64,000 nucleotides of DNA from assembly GCA_039811685.1 (NCBI GenBank), contig JBDHZC010000007.1:32001-96000 (forward strand), written 5' to 3'. The stretch comes from Armatimonadota bacterium. Its GTDB lineage: Bacteria > Armatimonadota > UBA5829 > DSUL01. Position 1 is the first letter of the stretch. Each line of letters opens with the position of its first letter. Both the position numbers and the translations under genes were made by a program. Below are positions 58,639 through 64,000 of this stretch, piece after piece. The notes beneath the pieces are model-generated. The model did not search any database, was not told the origin of the DNA, and worked only from the letters and a program-made list of their open reading frames with translations.

Positions 58639-58668
58639 AGCGCGCTCCTGTCTTTGTAAGATGATCTG

Positions 58669-60027
58669 TCAGCCGAAGATTATCGAGCTTTCGACGCCGG
58701 AGCTTTCCACTTTCCGGCGAATCTCCGCAGTTTTCTCTTCGAAGCCCGGTTTGCCGAGCAGCGCGAACATGTGATTCTTGTAGGCTTCGACGCCGGGCTG
58801 ATCGAACGGATTGAGCCTGCGCAGATAGCCGCTCACAGCGCAGGCTCTCTCAAAGAAATAGAGCAGCGCTCCGAGATGGCGCGCATCCAGCCTTTTCAGG
58901 AGAACCGTACTGTTAGGGACTCCACCTTCCCAGTGCGCCAGCGCTGTTGCTCGATACGCTTCATGGTTGACTTCGCTCAGGGAACGCCCGGCGAGGTAGT
59001 TCAGGCCGTCCAGGTTTTCCTGCGTCTCAGGAACCACCAACTCTGGCTCGCCCTCTTCAACAATGACGAAGGTTTCGGTCAGGAAGCGGCGACCCTGCTG
59101 CATGTACTGCCCCATGCTGTGCAAGTCCGCAGTGAGATCGATGGAAGCGGGAAAGAGCGCCTTGTGGTCTTTTCCTTCGCTCTCGCCGTAAAGCTGCTTC
59201 CACCACTCGGCGACATAGTGCAGCCGGGGTTCAAAGTGCGACAGCACTTCCACATTGTAACCTTTGTCGTAGAGCGTGTTGCGGGCGGCGGCATAGAAGT
59301 AAGCCGGATTTTTCTGGAGATCCGTAGAGGCGCAGGCTTCGGCGCACGTGGCAGCGCCGGATACAAGAGCTGAGATATCAACGCCCCCGTAGGCAATTGG
59401 GAGAAGTCCGACAGGTGAAAGCACTGAGTAGCGCCCGCCCACGTCATCCGGCACAACAAAGCGCTTGTAGCCGCGGTCAGTCGCCAGCTTCAGCAGCGCT
59501 CCCTTGTGCGCATCAGTTGTCGCGACAATCAGCTTCGCCGCTTCCGCAGCGCCTGCATTCTTTTCCACCAGCTCCTGAAAAATGCGAAACGCAATGGCGG
59601 GCTCGGTGGTGGTCCCGGACTTCGAAATGACATTGACAGCCACACGCTTGCCTGCCAGTTGCCTCATCAGGCGACTGTGAAAATCCGCAGAGATGTTGTG
59701 CCCCGCAAAATAGACCGGCTTGCCATCATCCCGGGCCAGCGCCTCAATAACCGCGCGGGCGCCGAGGTACGAGCCCCCGATACCAATGACCACGAGTGCG
59801 TCAGATCGCTCCTGAAGCTCCCGCGCCGTCGTCTGAATCTCTGTCAGAAGAGATTTCGGGGCCAGGACGTCAGGATTCAGCCAACCGCGAAAATCCGCTC
59901 CCAGACCTGCGCCAGAAAAAAGCTGATCGTGAGCTGCAGTTATGCTCTGCTGATATTGAAGAATCTCCGTCTGCGGCGCCGCCGGTTTCAGATACCCCGC
60001 GTCCAGCTTCAGGCCGATTGATGCCAT
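58669..60027 (-). CDS. pgi: Glucose-6-phosphate isomerase
   Basis: VIGIGGSYLG, ISKSGTTTEP, VGGRYSV, QLYGESEGK, NPFDQPGVEAYK. Confidence 0.96.
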   Translation of the reverse strand: MASIGLKLDAGYLKPAAPQTEILQYQQSITAAHDQLFSGAGLGADFRGWLNPDVLAPKSLLTEIQTTARELQERSDALVVIGIGGSYLGARAVIEALARDDGKPVYFAGHNISADFHSRLMRQLAGKRVAVNVISKSGTTTEPAIAFRIFQELVEKNAGAAEAAKLIVATTDAHKGALLKLATDRGYKRFVVPDDVGGRYSVLSPVGLLPIAYGGVDISALVSGAATCAEACASTDLQKNPAYFYAAARNTLYDKGYNVEVLSHFEPRLHYVAEWWKQLYGESEGKDHKALFPASIDLTADLHSMGQYMQQGRRFLTETFVIVEEGEPELVVPETQENLDGLNYLAGRSLSEVNHEAYRATALAHWEGGVPNSTVLLKRLDARHLGALLYFFERACAVSGYLRRLNPFDQPGVEAYKNHMFALLGKPGFEEKTAEIRRKVESSGVESSIIFG

Positions 60028-60207
60028 TAGTGCCTCCCTGTTATATGTTCACGAGCCAGTTGCCCAAATCAGAAATGTTTCCCGACGCAAGTTTACCCAA
60101 TTCGATGCGCCTGTGCCGGTCGCTTGCTGTGTGATTTCGCTTGTTTTGAAGCTTAGCCAAAGGATATACTGGCACAACTACGGCAGTCAGTTGCGAGGAG
60201 GCGCCGC

Positions 60208-61671
60208 ATGAGTCTCGGTACGTCCGTCATCACAGTTGTCTTGCTCAGCATTTTTAGCGCATCAAGCGGAAACGCCATAGAAAAGACACCGCTCACTGAG
60301 TCTCAGGCGAAAAGGAAAGCCACCGCAGACCGAATGGATCGGCGTCATCTTCGCTCGACGACCAGAGCGGTGACTGTAAGCTCAGAGGAAATGCTTCGGA
60401 AGCCAGGTTTCCTGCAGGAGCTCCCCGGAGTGACGATCGCCAGGCAGGCCCCTTCCGTTGACTTTGTAGTCATCCCTGTAGAGCCGCGCTACTTCTCCAG
60501 ACCTGACGCCGAAGGCCTCCCGGACGGCCTCTGGACCTCGTGGGGACAGGGCACGTACCTGCCTGAGAAGAAAAAACTCTACGCCGCAATCGGAAACCAT
60601 ATCTACTTCAGGGCTCAGGCGCATCTGGTTGAGTTTGACTCCCGGACCTCAAAAGTGCGCACGCTGCCTGAGATCAACGCATCTATTGGACGCAAAGGGA
60701 CGGACTTTGGAGATGGCAAAATCCACGGATATGTGGATGAGTACAACGGCCCGCATCTCTACTTTATGACCTACTGGTGCGAATATCCGGAACCCTCACC
60801 AGATCACTTCTCCAAGGGCTATGACGGCGGCCACCTGCTTTCTTACAATGTTGAGACGGGAAAGCTGCGGGACCTCGGCACGCCTCTTCCGCGCACATCC
60901 TGGCCTTACCACCGCATGGATCGTACGCGAGGCAGGCTGTTTGCCGTGGGCGCGCTGGGGGAGTTCCTGTGCTACGACATAAATAGCCGATCAACTATCT
61001 GGAGCGGATATCCACCGCCGGGTATTACGTGGCACGAGCGCAGCATGCTGGTGGATGAGGTTACGGGTTGCGCGTACTCCACCAACTTCTCCAAAAGCGA
61101 TCCCGAAGCGCACATGGTTCGCTACGATCCGCGGACTAACCGCTTTACCCAGATGAAAAGCTCCGTTCCGGAGAACGCAGAAAACGGACTCATTGATCAG
61201 ATGCGGGCTAACACACAGAGGCGACTTTCAGACGGGAGCTATCTGTGTGTGACGCGAGGAGGAGAGCTGTTCAAATTCTTTCCTGATGAAGACCGGATTG
61301 AGGACCTGGGTCTGTGCTTCCCGGCCAAAGCCACTCAGCTTTACACTGCCGCAATGACACTCAGCCCGGACGGACATTTTGTGTACTACATCCCCGGATC
61401 GCACGGCTCAGCGCATCACCTGGGAACCGCACTCATGCAGTACGACGTTCGCACTGGCGGGCGCAAGGTGATTGCTTTCCTGCATCCGTTCCTCTACCGA
61501 GAGCTGGGGTATGTGGCGGCTGGTACGTTCTCTTTGAATATGGATGAGACGGGCGGGCGGTTGTTTGTTGTGATGAACGGGGCGTTTGCCGACCTGAAAA
61601 GCGAGACCGGCGACGTCTTTGGCGATCCGTCGATTCTGGTAGTGCATGTACCAGAGTCTGAACGAAGCTGA
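60208..61671 (+). CDS. Secreted hypothetical protein, probable beta-propeller
   Basis: Signal peptide, repeated YD..T.K/DLG blade-like motifs, GKIH, RBS GGAGG. Confidence 0.7.
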   Translation: MSLGTSVITVVLLSIFSASSGNAIEKTPLTESQAKRKATADRMDRRHLRSTTRAVTVSSEEMLRKPGFLQELPGVTIARQAPSVDFVVIPVEPRYFSRPDAEGLPDGLWTSWGQGTYLPEKKKLYAAIGNHIYFRAQAHLVEFDSRTSKVRTLPEINASIGRKGTDFGDGKIHGYVDEYNGPHLYFMTYWCEYPEPSPDHFSKGYDGGHLLSYNVETGKLRDLGTPLPRTSWPYHRMDRTRGRLFAVGALGEFLCYDINSRSTIWSGYPPPGITWHERSMLVDEVTGCAYSTNFSKSDPEAHMVRYDPRTNRFTQMKSSVPENAENGLIDQMRANTQRRLSDGSYLCVTRGGELFKFFPDEDRIEDLGLCFPAKATQLYTAAMTLSPDGHFVYYIPGSHGSAHHLGTALMQYDVRTGGRKVIAFLHPFLYRELGYVAAGTFSLNMDETGGRLFVVMNGAFADLKSETGDVFGDPSILVVHVPESERS

Positions 61672-61711
61672 CGCACCGGCCTCTGCTATAAAAGGTAGAC
61701 TTACGGCGCGT

Positions 61712-62584
61712 TTAGAACTCGAAGGCGTTCTTGACCGGCTTGCCGTCGAAGTCTTTGGGAATCGGGACGTCAAGCAACCAGAGGGCGGTTGCGGCTGTGT
61801 CATAGGTGGTCACGGGAGTGGCAATCTGAAATCCAGCGCGCACGCCCTTCCCGTAAGCTACCCACGGAATTGTCATGTCTTCCGGGGAATCCGTGCCGTG
61901 CGTTTTGTCGTGGCCGCCGTGGTCAGCAGAAATAATAACTACGCTGTCTTTCTCAAAACCAGCCTTCCGGATGGCTGTCATAATCGTTTTGAGACCCTTG
62001 TCAACGTCTGCGAACGCGGCAATCTGCTCGGGCGAGCCCCAGCCGTGTCCGTGACCTGCCCCATCCCCGGCGGCAAAGTGAATGAAGCACAGATTCGGCT
62101 TGTTGGTGCGAATCATGGCTGCAGCGATATCCGCTTCCTGCAGACTCTGATAGGAGCCGAGGGCAAAGGTGTCAAGAGAGCCCGGAATTGTCAGATGAAT
62201 AAACTTCTCCTTGCCGAAGATCATCGACGTCTGAAGCTTGGGATCAGCCTTCTTGGCGAGAGAAAAGACGGTTGGAACCTGCACCACGCCCTTACTGGGA
62301 TCGTACCCATTCCACAGAATGTGGTGCTTGGCGGGATCAACACCCGTGAGCATGGAAGTGTGTGAGACAAGCGTAATGCTCGGTTTGATGGTCTGGGCAT
62401 CCCACGTGAACGCGCCTTTTCTGGCTAGGGAGAAGAGCGTCGGCATCTTGCTCTCAAGCAAGACAGCCGGCTTGCCACCATCAATGGAGATTATGAAAAC
62501 GTGATTAACGCGTGGCGCGGCATGCAGCACTCCAGACACTGCAAGCAGCACAAGCGCGAGAAAGAGATTTAGTAGTTTTCTCAT
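61712..62584 (-). CDS. Alkaline phosphatase superfamily / nucleotide pyrophosphatase-phosphodiesterase
   Basis: IISIDG, PSITLVSHTSMLTG, DGAGHGHGW, ISADHGG. Confidence 0.88.
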   Translation of the reverse strand: MRKLLNLFLALVLLAVSGVLHAAPRVNHVFIISIDGGKPAVLLESKMPTLFSLARKGAFTWDAQTIKPSITLVSHTSMLTGVDPAKHHILWNGYDPSKGVVQVPTVFSLAKKADPKLQTSMIFGKEKFIHLTIPGSLDTFALGSYQSLQEADIAAAMIRTNKPNLCFIHFAAGDGAGHGHGWGSPEQIAAFADVDKGLKTIMTAIRKAGFEKDSVVIISADHGGHDKTHGTDSPEDMTIPWVAYGKGVRAGFQIATPVTTYDTAATALWLLDVPIPKDFDGKPVKNAFEF

Positions 62585-62685
62585 AGTAAGACCCGTTTAG
62601 ACACGAGCTACCGCTTGCCCTCCCCCAACAACGCCAGTTTCGTCACATATTAGCTACTGCGCTGTCACTTATGTTACAGAGCGCC

Positions 62686-63999
62686 CTACGAAACAGAGGC
62701 GGTGATAAGGTCTGGCTGCTCTTGAAAGGCGATTCCCGGACTCTGCTGGATCATGTAGTCCAGGTTCCACTGGCTGGTGAAGAGTCCGGCGATACGAGCG
62801 TAACGGTCTTCAATCTTTCGCGCGCCAGAGACCCAGCGCATCTGAGCAACTGCAGCCGCGTCACCATCTATCCAGCGCACGATCTGATAGGGTGTCATCT
62901 CCAACTCCGTTTCAACGCCGTATTCGGTTTCGAGGCGGTACTGCACAACTTCGAACTGCAGGCGTCCGACTACGCCGAGAATCGGCTCCCGCCGCGCAGC
63001 ATTGGTGTCGTAGAAAAGCTGGACAACCCCTTCTTCTGACAACTGCTCAATGCCTTTGAGGAACTGCTTGTACTTCTCGATTTTTCTGTTTCGGATTGCT
63101 GCGAAGTGCTCTGGAGAGAAGGCCGGAAAGGCGTGAAAGGACACCGGAGACCCCGTGCAGACAGTGTCTCCGATAGCAAAGACGCCGGGATTGGTCAGCC
63201 CAACGATGTCCCCTGGATAGGCTTCCTCCATCAGAATCCGATCCTGCCCGAAGAGCTTCTGGGGACGCGTGAGGCGAACCTGCTTGCCGGCGCGCGTGTT
63301 GCGCACCGTCATGTCGCGTTCAAACTTACCAGAGACTACGCGCATAAAGGCGATACGGTCGCGGTGGTTCGGATCCATATTGGCCTGAATTTTGAAAACG
63401 AAACCAGTAAAACTGTCACTGTCTGGCTGGACCAAACCGTTTTCAGAGTCACGGGGAGCGGGTTCTGGCGCCATCTTGATAAAAGACTTCAGAAAAAGCT
63501 CGACACCAAAGTTTGTGAGAGCGCTGCCGAAGAATACCGGCGTCATTTCTCCTCGGGACACGAGCTCCATGTTCAGCGTCTCTCCCGCTTCATCCAGCAG
63601 CTCGCCCTCCTCTCGAAGCTGCCGCAGCGGCCCGGAACCGAGCGTCTGCTCAAGATCGGGAGAGTGTAGATCGGAAGCTGTCACGGGAGCGCGCCGTGCG
63701 CCGTGCTGCGTCTTCTCAAACAGATGTACTTCGCGCGTCTGCCTGTCGTACACGCCGCGAAAGTCCGGTCCGTCGCCGATGGGCCAGTTCACCGCTACAG
63801 AGCCGATGCCGAGCACCTCTTCCAGCTCCGCCATCAGATCCAGCGGGTCGCGCCCGGGCCTGTCCAGCTTGTTGACAAAGGTAAAGATGGGAATTCCGCG
63901 CTGCCGGCACACGTCAAAGAGTTTGCGGGTCTGAGGCTCGACGCCTTTAGCCTTGTCAATGAGCATTACAGCCGAATCTGCAGCCATCAGCGTGCGGTA
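62686..63999 (-). CDS. prfC: Peptide chain release factor 3 (5' partial)
   Basis: YRTLMAADSAVMLID..KGVEPQT, NKLDR, FGSALTNFG, FKIQANMDPNHRDRIAF, VGRLQFEV. Confidence 0.96.
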   Translation of the reverse strand, partial: YRTLMAADSAVMLIDKAKGVEPQTRKLFDVCRQRGIPIFTFVNKLDRPGRDPLDLMAELEEVLGIGSVAVNWPIGDGPDFRGVYDRQTREVHLFEKTQHGARRAPVTASDLHSPDLEQTLGSGPLRQLREEGELLDEAGETLNMELVSRGEMTPVFFGSALTNFGVELFLKSFIKMAPEPAPRDSENGLVQPDSDSFTGFVFKIQANMDPNHRDRIAFMRVVSGKFERDMTVRNTRAGKQVRLTRPQKLFGQDRILMEEAYPGDIVGLTNPGVFAIGDTVCTGSPVSFHAFPAFSPEHFAAIRNRKIEKYKQFLKGIEQLSEEGVVQLFYDTNAARREPILGVVGRLQFEVVQYRLETEYGVETELEMTPYQIVRWIDGDAAAVAQMRWVSGARKIEDRYARIAGLFTSQWNLDYMIQQSPGIAFQEQPDLITASVS

Positions 64000-64000
64000 G

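Overview
This is a 64 kb, GC-rich bacterial chromosomal segment. It is probably from a diderm such as Armatimonadota; that is an inference from the PEP-CTERM proteins, the SBP-permease fusion and a lineage-typical C-terminal module on a large secreted protein. Housekeeping and metabolic genes include ilvD (partial), a 2-oxoacid dehydrogenase E2, hsp20-lon, a heavy-metal P-type ATPase, ispH, sodA, galK, uxaC, ndk, pgi, prfC (partial) and tRNA-Val(GAC). The main accessory feature is a tandem array of six PEP-CTERM genes (45977-51949). Their N-terminal domains appear unrelated, but they share a near-identical 77-bp coding tail (variant signal PEPAFFQMG...), near-identical terminators and individual sigma70-like promoters with long structured leaders, and two GT4 glycosyltransferase genes lie next to them. 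Other accessory features are an orphan ParB-type CTPase with an 8-Cys C-terminal domain, a MazF-type toxin-antitoxin pair plus a Phd/YefM-like remnant between two sugar ABC permease genes, three tandem TlpA-like thioredoxins, an Ig-domain/LptD-like outer membrane protein and an MBOAT O-acylation pair. I found no CRISPR array, integrase or transposase.
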